64,000 bases of DNA from Candidatus Nitrospinota bacterium M3_3B_026 (GCA_051418015.1 JBPRGF010000003.1:160001-224000), one strand, 5' to 3'; numbered from the stretch's first letter, positions 1 through 11,057 are shown. Program-made: numbers and translations. Notes: generated by a model from the letters alone, not told the origin.

Positions 1-938
1 TCGTCGAGGTCGTCCAGGGTGGCGAGCACCGGCAGCCTGCCGATGAACTCCGGGATCAGGCCGAATTTCAAGAGGTCCTCGGGCTGGGTGCGCCGCAGGA
101 CGTCCCCTATGGAGGCGGTTTTCCTGTCCTTGAGTTTCGCGCCGAACCCCATGGTCTTTTCGCCGATCCGCTGCTCGATGATCTTCTCCAGCCCCACGAA
201 GGCGCCCCCGCAGATGAACAGGATGTTCGACGTGTCCACCTGCATGAACTCCTGGTGCGGGTGTTTGCGTCCGCCCTGGGGCGGGATGGAGGCGATGGTA
301 CCCTCGATTATCTTGAGCAGCGCCTGCTGCACCCCCTCGCCGGAGACATCGCGGGTGATGGAGGTGTTCTCGCTCTTCCTGGATATCTTGTCTATCTCGT
401 CTATGTAGATTATGCCGCGCTCGACCTTTTCGATGTCGAAGTCCGCGGCCTGGCACAGGCGCAGGATTATGTTCTCCACGTCCTCGCCGACGTAGCCGGC
501 CTCCGTCAGGGTGGTGGCGTCGGCGATGGTGAAGGGGACGTTCAGGAACCGGGCCAGCGTCTGGGCCAGCAGCGTCTTGCCGGAGCCGGAGGGGCCGATC
601 AGCATGACGTTGCTCTTCTGCAGCTCCACCCCGTCGGGGGAGAGGTTGGCGTCGATCCGCTTGTAGTGGTTGTAGACGGCGACAGAAAGGATTTTCTTGG
701 CGTGCTCCTGCCCGATGACGTAGTCGTCCAGGTAGGTCTTGATCTCCGAGGGCCTGGGAAGCTTCGTGGAGGAGGCGCCCTTCTCCTGGCTCCATTCCTC
801 CATTATTATCTCGTTGCAAAGGTCTATGCACTCGTCGCAGATGTAGACCGTGGGACCGGCTATCAGCTTTTTCACCTCCGACTGGCTCTTGCCGCAGAAG
901 GAACAGCGCAGGTTCCCTTCCTGTTTTGCCTTGCTCAT
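1..938 (-). CDS. clpX: ATP-dependent Clp protease ATP-binding subunit ClpX (3' end runs off window)
   Basis: Manual minus-strand translation from ATG at 938: [37 protein letters not shown] (C4 zinc-binding domain), Walker A GPSGSGKT; directly downstream of clpP. Absent from the ORF track because it has no stop inside the window. Confidence 0.96.
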   Translation of the reverse strand, partial: MSKAKQEGNLRCSFCGKSQSEVKKLIAGPTVYICDECIDLCNEIIMEEWSQEKGASSTKLPRPSEIKTYLDDYVIGQEHAKKILSVAVYNHYKRIDANLSPDGVELQKSNVMLIGPSGSGKTLLAQTLARFLNVPFTIADATTLTEAGYVGEDVENIILRLCQAADFDIEKVERGIIYIDEIDKISRKSENTSITRDVSGEGVQQALLKIIEGTIASIPPQGGRKHPHQEFMQVDTSNILFICGGAFVGLEKIIEQRIGEKTMGFGAKLKDRKTASIGDVLRRTQPEDLLKFGLIPEFIGRLPVLATLDDLD

Positions 939-984
939 ATGAGACTCCCCTGACCTTTCGAGTTGCACCTCCAGGGGCGAAGGG

Positions 985-1635
985 TCATTTCTTTCCGCCC
1001 TCTCCGCCCTTTTTCTTCATGGCTTTTTCTATCTCATGACGGGAAACTATCACCTCGTCGATGACTCCGTACTCTTTGGCCTCCTCGGCGCTCATGAAAT
1101 AATCGCGGTCGGAGTCCTTTTCTATCTGCGCTTTGGTCTTGCCGGTGTGATGGGCCATGACCTCGTTGAGGCGGTCCTTGATCTTCAGCGTCTCCTTGGC
1201 CTGTATGGCGATGTCCGACGCCTGCCCCTGGAAGCCGCCCGTGGGCTGGTGGATCATTACCCTGCTGTTGGGCAGGGCGTGGCGTTTGCCCTTCGTCCCC
1301 GCCGCAAGGAGCACCGCGCCCATGCTGGCGGCCTGGCCGATGCATATCGTCTGGATGTCCGGCTTGACGTACTGCATGGTGTCGTATATCGCCATCCCCG
1401 CCGTCACCACCCCGCCGGGGGAGTTGATATAAAGAAAAATGTCCTGGCCGGGGTCGTCGGCCTCCAGGAATATCAGCTGGGCTATGACAAGGTTGGCCAC
1501 GTGGTCGTCTATCGGCGTGCCAACGAAGATTATCCTGTCCTTCAGCAGCCTGCTGTATATGTCGTAGGAGCGCTCCCCGCGGTTGGTCTGCTCCACCACG
1601 ATGGGAACGAGCATCTGGGCTCTATGCGGGATCAT
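985..1635 (-). CDS. clpP: ATP-dependent Clp protease proteolytic subunit
   Basis: [35 protein letters not shown], catalytic AASMG and MIHQP motifs; start uncertain (1662, 1635 or 1614). Confidence 0.97.
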   Translation of the reverse strand: MIPHRAQMLVPIVVEQTNRGERSYDIYSRLLKDRIIFVGTPIDDHVANLVIAQLIFLEADDPGQDIFLYINSPGGVVTAGMAIYDTMQYVKPDIQTICIGQAASMGAVLLAAGTKGKRHALPNSRVMIHQPTGGFQGQASDIAIQAKETLKIKDRLNEVMAHHTGKTKAQIEKDSDRDYFMSAEEAKEYGVIDEVIVSRHEIEKAMKKKGGEGGKK

Positions 1636-1642
1636 GCCGCTT

Positions 1643-2959
1643 TCAGCTGTCTGGTTTCTCATTCTCCGCTTTCTCTACAATGGTGTCCTCGATTGTTATC
1701 TCGTCCATGATAGCGGCGTAGACCTTTTCCGAAAACGCCTGGCGGGCCACGCCGGAAAGGCCGTCCGACTCGGCGAGTTGACGCCTGGTCATCTCCGCGG
1801 TCTGGCCCATCATTCCGGCGATCTTCTCCACCTCGGCGTTTATGTCCTCTTCGCCGACTTCTATCCCCTTCTTCCTGCCGTAGGCCGAGAGTATCACCTG
1901 CTCTTTCAGCATCCGCTCGGCCTCTTCGGCGCTCTTCTCCTTCAGGGCCTCGCCCGTATAGCCGGCCTCCGCGAGGTCGATCCCCTGGCTCTTCAGCCTC
2001 TGCTCGTAGCGCTGGGCGAGGGCCTCGGCCTGCCTCTCCACGAGCGACGGCGCAAGCTCGAAGGGGTTGTCCTCTATCAGCCTGCTCAAAAGCGCCTCCC
2101 GCAGGTCGTTGTCCGCCGCGTCCCGGGCGCGCTTTTCCAGCAGGCCGCGAAGGTCTTCCCGGAATCCGTCCATCGTGTCGAATTCAGAGACCTCGCTGGC
2201 CAGCTGGTCGTCGGCCTCGGGCAGGACCTTGCGCTTTATCTCGTTTACCTTCACCTTGAAATCAAGCTCCGCCCCGGCAAGCTCGGGGTCGGGAAACTCC
2301 TTCGGCAGCGCGGCCTTGAACTCCCCGGCCTCGCCGCGGCTCATGCCGATTACTCCGGAGTAGAACCCGGCCAGCATGTTGTCTTCCGAGACCTGCACCT
2401 GCTTGTTCTCGCCCCGGAAATTCTCCACCGGCGCGCCGTCCCGCTCGGCGGAGTAGTCTATGATGGCGAAGTCGCCCTCCTCGACGGCCCTGTCCTCGAC
2501 GGGCTCGAACCGGGCCTGCCTCTCCCTGTAGTGGTCGATGATCCTGTCTATCTCCGTCTCGTCGACCTTCTGTATCTCGCGCTTCAGGGAGACCCCGGAG
2601 ACGTCCTTGAGCTCGACCTCGGGAAAAGTCTCCACCGTGGCGGTGAAGGTGAGGGGCTGATCGTCCTCTACCTTGATCTCGTCGACCATGGGGTCGCCCA
2701 CGGGACGGAGGTTATGGGTGTCTATCGCCTCCCGGTAGGCGCTCTGGATGAGCCGTTGCGCGGCGTCGCCCAGGACGGATTTGGAGTACATCTTCTCCAG
2801 TATACTCATGGGCACGCGCCCTTTCCTGAAGCCGGGCGCCGTGGCGGTCCTGGCCAGTTCGCGGTATATGGCGCTCTTCTCTTCGCTGACCTTCTCCGCG
2901 GGCACTTCCACGGTTATTTTCTTAACGCAGGGTTTTACTTCTTCAAGCTGTATCTTCAA
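1643..2959 (-). CDS. tig: Trigger factor
   Basis: PGFRKGRVP ribosome-binding motif, FKBP-like middle domain, tig-clpP-clpX synteny. Confidence 0.96.
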   Translation of the reverse strand: MKIQLEEVKPCVKKITVEVPAEKVSEEKSAIYRELARTATAPGFRKGRVPMSILEKMYSKSVLGDAAQRLIQSAYREAIDTHNLRPVGDPMVDEIKVEDDQPLTFTATVETFPEVELKDVSGVSLKREIQKVDETEIDRIIDHYRERQARFEPVEDRAVEEGDFAIIDYSAERDGAPVENFRGENKQVQVSEDNMLAGFYSGVIGMSRGEAGEFKAALPKEFPDPELAGAELDFKVKVNEIKRKVLPEADDQLASEVSEFDTMDGFREDLRGLLEKRARDAADNDLREALLSRLIEDNPFELAPSLVERQAEALAQRYEQRLKSQGIDLAEAGYTGEALKEKSAEEAERMLKEQVILSAYGRKKGIEVGEEDINAEVEKIAGMMGQTAEMTRRQLAESDGLSGVARQAFSEKVYAAIMDEITIEDTIVEKAENEKPDS

Positions 2960-2995
2960 CGTCTCCTCACCTCAAAATCTCAACCGTCCGGCTCC

Positions 2996-3079
2996 TGGTG
3001 CGAAAGGGGGGATTCGAACCCCCACGGGAATCCCACTGGATCCTAAGTCCAGCGCGTCTGCCAGTTCCGCCACTTTCGC
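2996..3079 (-). tRNA. tRNA-Leu(TAG)
   Basis: Minus strand GCGAAAGTGGCGGAACTGGCAGACGCGCTGGACT-TAG-GATCCAG...GGTTCGAATCCCCCCTTTCGCACCA; long variable arm, encoded CCA. Confidence 0.96.
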
Positions 3080-3281
3080 TTGGTGGTCCGGCGCCCACCC
3101 GGGCGCCAAAAACGCCGACCACACTGCCCGAAAACCATTACGGCGCGCCGGACAGGCGCGATCGGCGGACGGATAAATTACAAAGCTGGTTCGCCAGATT
3201 TTTATTTTAACACGAGTATCGGGAATCGCGCCTGTTTAAAAAGGGGTTCCGCGTCCCGGCGGAGAGGGCGGGGGTTGCGAA

Positions 3282-3371
<90 letters not shown>

Positions 3372-3546
3372 AGGATGTGGGATCGGGCTGATCGAGACTC
3401 AAGTTTATGCTCTTCACGGCGCGTTTGCAAGAAGACCTTTGGGCAACTGGCGGCGCTGGCCGGATTACTCAAAGGTCTCGTTTGCAAGGGCGCGCCCCGA
3501 ACGGATAGAATGTTTCGACGAGATCCATATACGTTCTCTGGTTGAA

Positions 3547-4407
3547 ATGGAAAAACCGCTCGCCTTGGGGATAATCGGCCATCCCATAGGCCACACCCTC
3601 TCGCCTCTCATGCACGCCGTCGCGGCCAGGAGCGCGGGCGTGTCCCTGGCCTACAGCGTCTACGACGTGAAGCCGGAAAACCTCCGCGCCGCCATGGAGG
3701 GCGTCCGGGCGCTCTCCATCGACGGGCTGAACGTCACCGTGCCGCACAAGGTGGACGTCATGGAGAGCCTGGACGAGATCACGGAAGAGGCGGCCCTGAT
3801 AGGAGCCGTGAACACGATCGTGAGAAAAGGCGGCAGGCTGACCGGATACAACACCGACGCCCACGGTTTTTTGACTTCCCTGAAAGAGAACGCGGGGACG
3901 GACCCCTCCGGCAAGAGCGTCCTGGTCTACGGCGCAGGCGGCGCCGCCAGGGCGATCGTGGTGGGGCTCGCGAGGGCGGGGGCTGGGCGGATCGTCATCG
4001 TCAACCGCGCGGAAGGCAAGGCCGAAAGGCTCGCGGAAAAGGTGAAAGGGCTGGGTCTCGGCGCGGAGGCGGAGGGGCTGGGGTTCTCCTCCAACAAATT
4101 GTTTGAATCGGTCCGCTCCGCCGATATAATTGTCAATACCACCGCCGTCGGCATGGAGGGCGTGGGAGGGCGCCTGCCGGCGATGGGTGGGGTAAGAAAA
4201 GGTCAACTGGTGGTGGACATCGTGTACCGCCCGCTAAAGACCCCTCTGCTTTCGCAGGCCGGAAAGGCGGGGGCGGACGCGCTGGACGGGCTCTGGATGC
4301 TCATACACCAGGGCGCCATGTCCTTCACGCTGTGGACGGGCAAGCCTTTCCCCGCCGAGCGGGCGAGGAGGGCGCTGCTGGCCGAGCTGAGAGAAGAGTC
4401 TTCTTGA
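3547..4407 (+). CDS. aroE: Shikimate dehydrogenase
   Basis: GHPIGHTLSPLMH, NVTVPHK, GAVNT, NTDAHG, GAGGAARA, DIVYRPLKT motifs; start taken at MEKPLALG. Confidence 0.95.
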   Translation: MEKPLALGIIGHPIGHTLSPLMHAVAARSAGVSLAYSVYDVKPENLRAAMEGVRALSIDGLNVTVPHKVDVMESLDEITEEAALIGAVNTIVRKGGRLTGYNTDAHGFLTSLKENAGTDPSGKSVLVYGAGGAARAIVVGLARAGAGRIVIVNRAEGKAERLAEKVKGLGLGAEAEGLGFSSNKLFESVRSADIIVNTTAVGMEGVGGRLPAMGGVRKGQLVVDIVYRPLKTPLLSQAGKAGADALDGLWMLIHQGAMSFTLWTGKPFPAERARRALLAELREESS

Positions 4408-4419
4408 GGAAACCGAAAG

Positions 4420-5496
4420 ATGGCGAAGATAGACGCGTTTTTCAAGCTGATGAACGAGCAGGGCGCCTCGGACCTGCACATGGTGTCCGGCCAGCAGCCG
4501 GTCCTGCGCATCCACGGCGAGCTGGAGCGGGTCAAGTACAAGACCCTGGAGGGCGAGGAGCTGAAAGAGATGCTCTACGAGATCGCCCCCGAGGAGAAGG
4601 TGAAGGTCTTCGAGGAGACAGGCGACATCGACTTCGGCTACGAGATACCCGGCCTGGCCCGCTACCGCGCCAATTTCTTCATGCAGAAATACGGCGTCGG
4701 CGCCGTCTTCCGCGAGATACCGTCGGAGATTCTCACCGCCGACCAGCTCGGCCTGCCGCCGATCTTCAAAAAGATCGCCGAGCTGAACAAGGGCCTGGTG
4801 CTGGTGACGGGGCCGACGGGGTCTGGTAAATCGACGACGCTGGCCGCGATCGTCGACCACGCCAACAAGACGCGCAAAGATCACATCCTCACCGTCGAGG
4901 ACCCGATAGAGTTCGTCCACAAGTCCCAGGGCTGCGTCGTGAACCACCGCGAGGTGGGCACGCACACGAAATCCTTCTCCGCCGCCCTGCGCGGCGCCCT
5001 GCGCGAGGATCCGGACATCATCCTCGTCGGCGAGATGCGCGACCTGGAGACCATCTCGCTGGCCCTGGAGGCGGCCTCCACGGGCCACCTGGTCTTCGGC
5101 ACGCTGCACACCCAGTCGGCGGCGAAGACGGTCGACCGCGTCATAGACGTCTTCCCGGCCAACCAGCAGGCGCAGATCAGGACGACGCTGTCGGAGACGC
5201 TGAAGGCCGTGGTGGCGCAGAACCTGTTCAAGAGGGTGGACAAGAAGGGCAGGTGCGCGGCCCTGGAGATACTGATATGCATCCCGGCGGTGGGCAACCT
5301 GATCCGCGAATCCAAAACCTTCCAGATACCCTCCACCATCCAGACCGGCAAGAAGTTCGGGATGCAGTCGCTGGACGACGCGATCATGGACCTTCTGCAG
5401 AAGGGCTGGATCAGCGCCGAGGAGGCCTACAACAAGGCGATCGAGAAATCGCGGTTCCTGCAGTTCCTCAAGGAGCCGCCGGACGTTTTCGGCTGA
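4420..5496 (+). CDS. pilT: Type IV pilus retraction ATPase PilT
   Basis: ASDLH, GPTGSGKSTT, TVEDPIE, ALREDPDIILVGEMRD, GHLVFGTLH, NLIRE, GMQSLD. Confidence 0.95.
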   Translation: MAKIDAFFKLMNEQGASDLHMVSGQQPVLRIHGELERVKYKTLEGEELKEMLYEIAPEEKVKVFEETGDIDFGYEIPGLARYRANFFMQKYGVGAVFREIPSEILTADQLGLPPIFKKIAELNKGLVLVTGPTGSGKSTTLAAIVDHANKTRKDHILTVEDPIEFVHKSQGCVVNHREVGTHTKSFSAALRGALREDPDIILVGEMRDLETISLALEAASTGHLVFGTLHTQSAAKTVDRVIDVFPANQQAQIRTTLSETLKAVVAQNLFKRVDKKGRCAALEILICIPAVGNLIRESKTFQIPSTIQTGKKFGMQSLDDAIMDLLQKGWISAEEAYNKAIEKSRFLQFLKEPPDVFG

Positions 5497-5501
5497 TCTC
5501 G

Positions 5502-6494
5502 TTGAGCGAAGCGAAGGAAGAAAAGACGCCCCGCGCCGCGGCGGATTTTTTAAGGCGGCGCGGCGGGCGGCTGCTCATCTCCACACACGTGAACCCCGAC
5601 GGGGACGGGCTCGGAGCCGTCATGGCCCTCAAGTGGGCCGTTCTCAAGCTCGGCGCCGAGGCGCGTATCGTGATCGAGTCCGCCCCGCCTGCTATGTTCG
5701 ATTTCTTCGAAAACTACCACTGGGTCGAAACACTGGGGCCGGAAACGCAAAACCTCGAAAAGTTCAACGCCGTGATAACCGCGGACTCGCCGACCCTGGA
5801 GCGGCTGGGGGGCGCGGCGGCGCTCATCGCGGACGGGGCGGCGATCCTGAACATCGACCACCACGTCTCCAACGAAAGGTTCGGCGCCGTAAATTACATC
5901 GACGAGTCCGCCTCGTCATCGGCGGAGCTTGTATACCTTGTGATAAAAGAGCTGGGGCTTGCCCTGGAGCCGTCCGCGGCGGAGTACCTCTACGCGGGGC
6001 TCATAACAGACACCGGCAGGTTCCGCTTCTCCAACACCTCCCCCGCCGCCCTGCGCGCCGCGGCGGAGCTCGTGGAGGCCGGGGCGCGGCCCGAGAGGAT
6101 ATCGGAGAGGATGTACTACAACAACACGCCGGAGACCATCGGCGCCCTGGGCGAGCTGCTGCTCTCCGTGGAGCTTCACCTCGGCGGCAGGGTGGCGACC
6201 TGCCAGTTCGGCCTGGAGAGGGTTAAAAGCGAAAGCTGGGACAGGGTGGAGACGGAGGGGTTTGTAAACTACCCTCTGTCGATACATGGCGTGGATGTGG
6301 CCATCATGCTGCGGGAGGTGGAGCCGGGGGTCACGCGGGCGAGCCTCCGGTCAAAGACGGATTTCGACGTCAACGCGCTGGCGAACGTGTTCGGCGGCGG
6401 GGGGCACGCCAAGGCCGCGGGATGCTCCATAGACGCCCCTCTGCAAGAGGCCAGGAAGGCGTTGCTCGAACAGGCTGCCGCGCGGCTCGGCTGA
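5502..6494 (+). CDS. nrnA: DHH/DHHA1 family bifunctional oligoribonuclease/PAP phosphatase
   Basis: HVNPDGDGLG, NIDHH, TDTGRF, SLRS, GGGHAKAAG; probable TTG start just after the pilT stop. Confidence 0.9.
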   Translation: MSEAKEEKTPRAAADFLRRRGGRLLISTHVNPDGDGLGAVMALKWAVLKLGAEARIVIESAPPAMFDFFENYHWVETLGPETQNLEKFNAVITADSPTLERLGGAAALIADGAAILNIDHHVSNERFGAVNYIDESASSSAELVYLVIKELGLALEPSAAEYLYAGLITDTGRFRFSNTSPAALRAAAELVEAGARPERISERMYYNNTPETIGALGELLLSVELHLGGRVATCQFGLERVKSESWDRVETEGFVNYPLSIHGVDVAIMLREVEPGVTRASLRSKTDFDVNALANVFGGGGHAKAAGCSIDAPLQEARKALLEQAAARLG

Positions 6495-6529
6495 CCGTCC
6501 ATCAGCCCCCCCCCGGTTGGGTGTGGAGC

Positions 6530-7105
6530 CTAGGGTTTTTTCACCCGCGCCACGCCGGTCCTTTGTATCTCCACCAGGTAGGTGTCGGGGTCGGTGGTGG
6601 CCTGGCTGTCCATGGTTATGATGACCGGCATCGTCCCCTTCCCCGCGGCGTTTACCGACTTTATGGTCCCGTCGGAGCCTATGGCCACGGTGGTCACCGC
6701 CCCCCCGCCATCGGCGGCGGTCTTGATATACGCCCGGGTGTAGCTTTGCGGAATGATCGTGGTCGTCAGGACGGTGTCGCCAAGGTAATCACCGTCCGTG
6801 TCCTCCATGACGCTTATGGAGGAGGAGGACGTGGACCCGACGCTGTTCAGGGCGAGCACCATCACGCCGTTTTTCCTGACCGCCTCGGCGCGGGCCTGCT
6901 GGAAGCGCATGACGATCTCGTTGGCCGCCCCCTCGAGCCGCCACCGGGGCAGCGAGCCGGTGATGGACCAGGACGCGTAGGCGAAGATTATCCCCAGTAT
7001 GCTGATGGTAACCAGCAGCTCGATGAGGTGAAACCCACCGCGGCCGCCGGCCGTCCGCCCCGGCCTACTCAGAGAACACCTCGCTCCAGGAGCTGACGGA
7101 CACAT
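6530..7105 (-). CDS. FimT/FimU/GspH-like minor prepilin
   Basis: Prepilin cleavage motif GG|FHLIELLVTISILGII, followed by ARAEAVRKN; start uncertain (overlaps the pilY1 end). Confidence 0.82.
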   Translation of the reverse strand: MCPSAPGARCSLSRPGRTAGGRGGFHLIELLVTISILGIIFAYASWSITGSLPRWRLEGAANEIVMRFQQARAEAVRKNGVMVLALNSVGSTSSSSISVMEDTDGDYLGDTVLTTTIIPQSYTRAYIKTAADGGGAVTTVAIGSDGTIKSVNAAGKGTMPVIITMDSQATTDPDTYLVEIQRTGVARVKKP

Positions 7106-10100
7106 CCCCGAATCCTCCCTTCTTGAGCTCGTGCTGGAAGTCGCCGCCGCCGCGGCCCTCCAGTTCGCCGTTGCCTGTCTTGATGTAAAGGTGCTGGTCC
7201 TCCACGATCGGCGTGGTGGTGACGTTGCCCACCTCCTCAGAGTGTACCACCGTGGGGCTGGTCTCGTCGGTCACCACGTCCAGGGCGTAGATCATGCCGG
7301 ACCCCGTGGCGCCGGAGACCGTCGGCGAGCAGGGGTCGTCGGTGTCGGCGGTGGTGGTGCCGAAATAGACCCTCCCCGCCGTGGCGAAGGCCGACGCGAA
7401 GACCCTGTGCCCCGGAGGCAGCGCCATGTTCCAGAGCATGGTCCCGGCGCCGCACGTTCCCTTGTTATCGTCGTCGCGGATGGCGTAGAAGTAGTATGTC
7501 TCCCCGGTCGCGTCGATCTGGTACGGGCTGTCGGACGTGCCGAAGAAGAGGTCGACCTTGTACTCCGTCTCGCCTGCGGCGTTGGTGGTGTTGCGGATCA
7601 TCACCGCCGGGGAGGCGTAGATCGGCTGCCCGGCGTCGAACAGGGTGCACACGTCTATGCTGTAGGTGGCGCTGTCGGGCTTGTCGGGCAGGACTATCTT
7701 GTACATGAAGCCCTTGTCCGTGCCTATGTACATCCTGTCCCAGAACCCGTTCCCGTCGGAGTCGACCGCCGCGGGCTGGCCCGAGGGCGTGCCGCCGAGC
7801 CCCAGCGCCGTGGAGTCGAGGTATATTCTTTCGAGGACCTCGCCGGTCTGGACGTCCAGCATGTAGATGGACGGATAGAGGGCGGGGTCATTGTTCACGC
7901 CGGAGACGAAGAAGGTGACCCACTTCTCGCCGGACGTCGACCATATCCGCCCGATCGGCCCCACCGATGGGGAGGAGCGCGACCTGTAGAGGTCGGGATC
8001 GGAGAACTCCCAGAGGAACAGCGGGTTGTCCGGGTCCGTCACGTCTATGCCGAAGACGGTGTCACCGCCGTTGCCCTCGGCGGTTATCATGACGGTGCGC
8101 CACGGGTTGCCGGCGGCGGTGTCGAACTTGACGTGCGCCACCGTCGGCGAGGCGTCAACGGCGGCCTGCTCGTTCTCCTCCAGGGCGTTGTTCTTGAGCT
8201 TGCCCATCAGGTTCAGCGGCAGGATGGCGTAAAGCTCGCTCCCGTCGCCGTAGTTCGGAGCCCCGGCGTCGTTCAGCGTCGAGCCGGACCGCGTCACCCA
8301 GTCATAGTACCCGCGGCTTATGATCATCTGCATGGCGCCCGTCACGGAGTTGCCGGGGAAGACGGGGACCTTGTTGCCCGTCCGCGGGTCGCTTATGGTC
8401 TGGGTGTTGATCGCCCCGGCGCTGGCGGTGCCCCGAACGCCCCGGAAAAGGTCCAGGTTCGCCGGGTCGCCGACGCCGCAGGGGTCCGTGGCGTCCAGCA
8501 TGGTCTCGTCCACGTGGTACGGCCGGTACTCGCCCGCGTAGAAAGCCTCCAGGAGGCCCGCCTTGGTTCCCACGAAGGCCACCGTCTTGCGTTTTCTCTG
8601 CAGGCAGCGGTACTGGTCGAAGCTGTCCCTGTCATCGTCGGACACGTCCAGACCGTAATACCAGGAGGGCAGGCCGGGCGCGCCCACGACGGCGGGGGTG
8701 CTGTGGTCTACGGCCCCCAGCAGCCATTCCTTCGGCGTCGCCGTGCCGTCGCGGTATCCCTGCGTCCAGCCAACCAGCCAGTCGGCGTCGTCTTCGCTGA
8801 AGGTGTCGTCTTCGTTGAAGTCATAGGTATAGTGCGTGCCGGTCTCGTCGGTGTATGTGCTGTTGTCGAGGGCCAGCATGTCCTTCGTGACGTTGACGGG
8901 AGTGAAGTCCATCATCGTCGGCGAGGTGGAGTACCACTGGTAGTCGGCCAGTACGGCGGCCCCGTTCGGCGGCGCCGTGTTGAAGGTTATGGAAAACTCG
9001 CCGGTATACCTGTTTATGGTCCCCGTCCCGGTCAGGCTCCCCTCGAGGGTTTTTGTCCTTTTGTCGATGAAGATCTCCACCCCGTCGGAGATGCTTATGG
9101 TGGAGTGGACCACGGGGCTGTCGGCCAGCGTCCCCGTGAAGGTCGTCGTGGATCCGTCGCCCGTCCCGATCAGCTCGTTGGTCACCTGGGTGACCGTCAT
9201 GTCCGGGTAGAGGATGCTCCTTGCGGCAGGACCCGTCGCCGTCACCACCTGCCCCGCGTCCCAGTTCAGCGCCGTGGCGTATCCGCCCAGGGGGTTCGTG
9301 GGATCGTAGAGCCTCGTGGAGGTCAGGTGGCCGCGAAGCTCCCTGTCGGTCCATCCGGCCGCGGGGGTCTCGAAGCTGGCGTCGTAGATCACGTTGGCCA
9401 CGATGGAGGGCGACGAACGGGAGAACTCCTCGTTCTTGGCGGCCTCGTAGGATATCTCCACGTCCCTTATGTCCGGGACGCAGTTCTCATCGCCGGAGAG
9501 CATCTCCGCCTTCCAGAGAAGCTCCCTGCCGGAAAGGCCCAGCTCGAGAAAGTTCACGGTTATCCGCCGGTAGGTCTCCTCCGGGTCGCCGTATGTCCAG
9601 CCCGACACGTCCGTTCCGCCCTTGTCGGGGGTCTGCGCCACGTCCCAGTCCTCGGGCAGGATCTCCACCCATGTCCCCCCCGCGTCCACGGAGAGGTAGT
9701 AGATAATCCTGGTTATCCCGGGATCCTTCCCGCAGGAGGAGCTCGGCATGAAGTCATGGACGCCGAAGGTGACGGAGGTGATGTAAGCGTCGACATCCGC
9801 CGGGCTCATCGCCTCCGACGCTTTCAGCTGGGCCACGCCGCCGGTCTTGCGCTCCACGAGAAAGACGAGGTCGTTGAAGTCCGCGTCACCGCCGCCGATC
9901 AGGTCCTCCACGCCGATGACCCACCGGAACGGGTCGTCAGGCGGCGCGGCGGCTATAAAATGGTTGTACTTCGTCCCCAGGGACACGGTCTTGGAGATCG
10001 TCCCCGAGAGCTGCAGGTCGAAGTAGCCGTTCGCCGGGTAGCCGCCCTTGCCCTCGGGGTTGCCCAGCCTGTCCCTGGCGGCTGTGGGGACGAAGCCCTG

Positions 10101-11057
10101 GGTGACTGTCGTCGGCGTGGTGGTGAAATCCTTGACCGCCGCCGGGCCGCCGTTTTCCGGCGCGGCGATGGAAAGATCGAACACCAGGTTGGCGTCGTCC
10201 CTGTCCGAGTCGGTCGGCGCCCAGGTGTCGGCGCTCCAGTCGTCCTTGGAGTAGAAGGTCTTGCCCGATATGTCGTCGTCGGCGTGGATGAAAAAGACTA
10301 TCTCCGTCCCGCCGCTGAAGTTGCCCAGCGAGACCCGCATGTCCCGCGGGTCCACCGTCGAGTCGTTGTTGGGGGAGAAGCCGTAGGAAGTCAGGCCGGC
10401 CTCGCTCAGGGCGCCCGTGCTCCCGCTCCAGAGCAGGTTGTCGGAGGCGTCGTATATGGAGTCCAGCACCCCGTCGCCGCCGGAGCAGCAGCCGCCGGTC
10501 TCCTGGTCGTCCTCTATCGTCCTGAACAGGTAGTTTATCGTAACCCCGGCGCTTACCAGGGAGCTGAAATTGAGCGTGCCGGATATCGGCCCGCCGAGCT
10601 TCGTCTCCGCCTCGTCCTTTACGAACCATCCAAGGCTGGACTTGTACCCGGCGCCCTCCAGCAGGAAGACCGCGGAGACGTCCTGGTCGAAGGGTATTAC
10701 TATGTTGTTCGGATCCAGCGTCTGCAGCCCCGTCTGCAGCGTCAGCTTGCCGTCGACGACGCTCACGGAGGTCAGGTCGTAATCCGCGGCGTCGAAGGAG
10801 CCTTCGGTCACCGATTGCTGGCCGCCCGCCACGCACCCAGTGGGCAGGCTCTGGGCGCAGGCCTCCTTCGGGTCGCCCACGAGGGAATCGCCCGCCAGAA
10901 GACCCGCCGCGGCAAGCGTCAGAACGATCGGGAGGATTCTGGCCGCCATGACGGTTTTGCCGAACCGTTCACGGCTTTTTCTCAACAAACTCCTTTTCCT
11001 CTCCGGCGCCGCGCCGAGGGCTTTGCTGAACATTTTCCGGCTCCTTCTCATGCTCAC
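7065..11057 (-). CDS. pilY1: PilY1-like type IV pilus tip adhesin with N-terminal DUF4114-like domain and C-terminal beta-propeller
   Basis: LGAVDHSTPAVVG, VDASPTV, DVTDPDNP-LWEF, AVDSDGNGFWDRMYIGTDKG propeller motifs; GVEDLIGGGDADFNDLVF; located in a minor pilin cluster. Confidence 0.88.
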   Translation of the reverse strand: MSMRRSRKMFSKALGAAPERKRSLLRKSRERFGKTVMAARILPIVLTLAAAGLLAGDSLVGDPKEACAQSLPTGCVAGGQQSVTEGSFDAADYDLTSVSVVDGKLTLQTGLQTLDPNNIVIPFDQDVSAVFLLEGAGYKSSLGWFVKDEAETKLGGPISGTLNFSSLVSAGVTINYLFRTIEDDQETGGCCSGGDGVLDSIYDASDNLLWSGSTGALSEAGLTSYGFSPNNDSTVDPRDMRVSLGNFSGGTEIVFFIHADDDISGKTFYSKDDWSADTWAPTDSDRDDANLVFDLSIAAPENGGPAAVKDFTTTPTTVTQGFVPTAARDRLGNPEGKGGYPANGYFDLQLSGTISKTVSLGTKYNHFIAAAPPDDPFRWVIGVEDLIGGGDADFNDLVFLVERKTGGVAQLKASEAMSPADVDAYITSVTFGVHDFMPSSSCGKDPGITRIIYYLSVDAGGTWVEILPEDWDVAQTPDKGGTDVSGWTYGDPEETYRRITVNFLELGLSGRELLWKAEMLSGDENCVPDIRDVEISYEAAKNEEFSRSSPSIVANVIYDASFETPAAGWTDRELRGHLTSTRLYDPTNPLGGYATALNWDAGQVVTATGPAARSILYPDMTVTQVTNELIGTGDGSTTTFTGTLADSPVVHSTISISDGVEIFIDKRTKTLEGSLTGTGTINRYTGEFSITFNTAPPNGAAVLADYQWYSTSPTMMDFTPVNVTKDMLALDNSTYTDETGTHYTYDFNEDDTFSEDDADWLVGWTQGYRDGTATPKEWLLGAVDHSTPAVVGAPGLPSWYYGLDVSDDDRDSFDQYRCLQRKRKTVAFVGTKAGLLEAFYAGEYRPYHVDETMLDATDPCGVGDPANLDLFRGVRGTASAGAINTQTISDPRTGNKVPVFPGNSVTGAMQMIISRGYYDWVTRSGSTLNDAGAPNYGDGSELYAILPLNLMGKLKNNALEENEQAAVDASPTVAHVKFDTAAGNPWRTVMITAEGNGGDTVFGIDVTDPDNPLFLWEFSDPDLYRSRSSPSVGPIGRIWSTSGEKWVTFFVSGVNNDPALYPSIYMLDVQTGEVLERIYLDSTALGLGGTPSGQPAAVDSDGNGFWDRMYIGTDKGFMYKIVLPDKPDSATYSIDVCTLFDAGQPIYASPAVMIRNTTNAAGETEYKVDLFFGTSDSPYQIDATGETYYFYAIRDDDNKGTCGAGTMLWNMALPPGHRVFASAFATAGRVYFGTTTADTDDPCSPTVSGATGSGMIYALDVVTDETSPTVVHSEEVGNVTTTPIVEDQHLYIKTGNGELEGRGGGDFQHELKKGGFGDVSVSSWSEVFSE

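Noticed and set aside
19..953. Plus-strand ORFs 19..408 and 255..953
   Set aside because: Antisense shadows of clpX.
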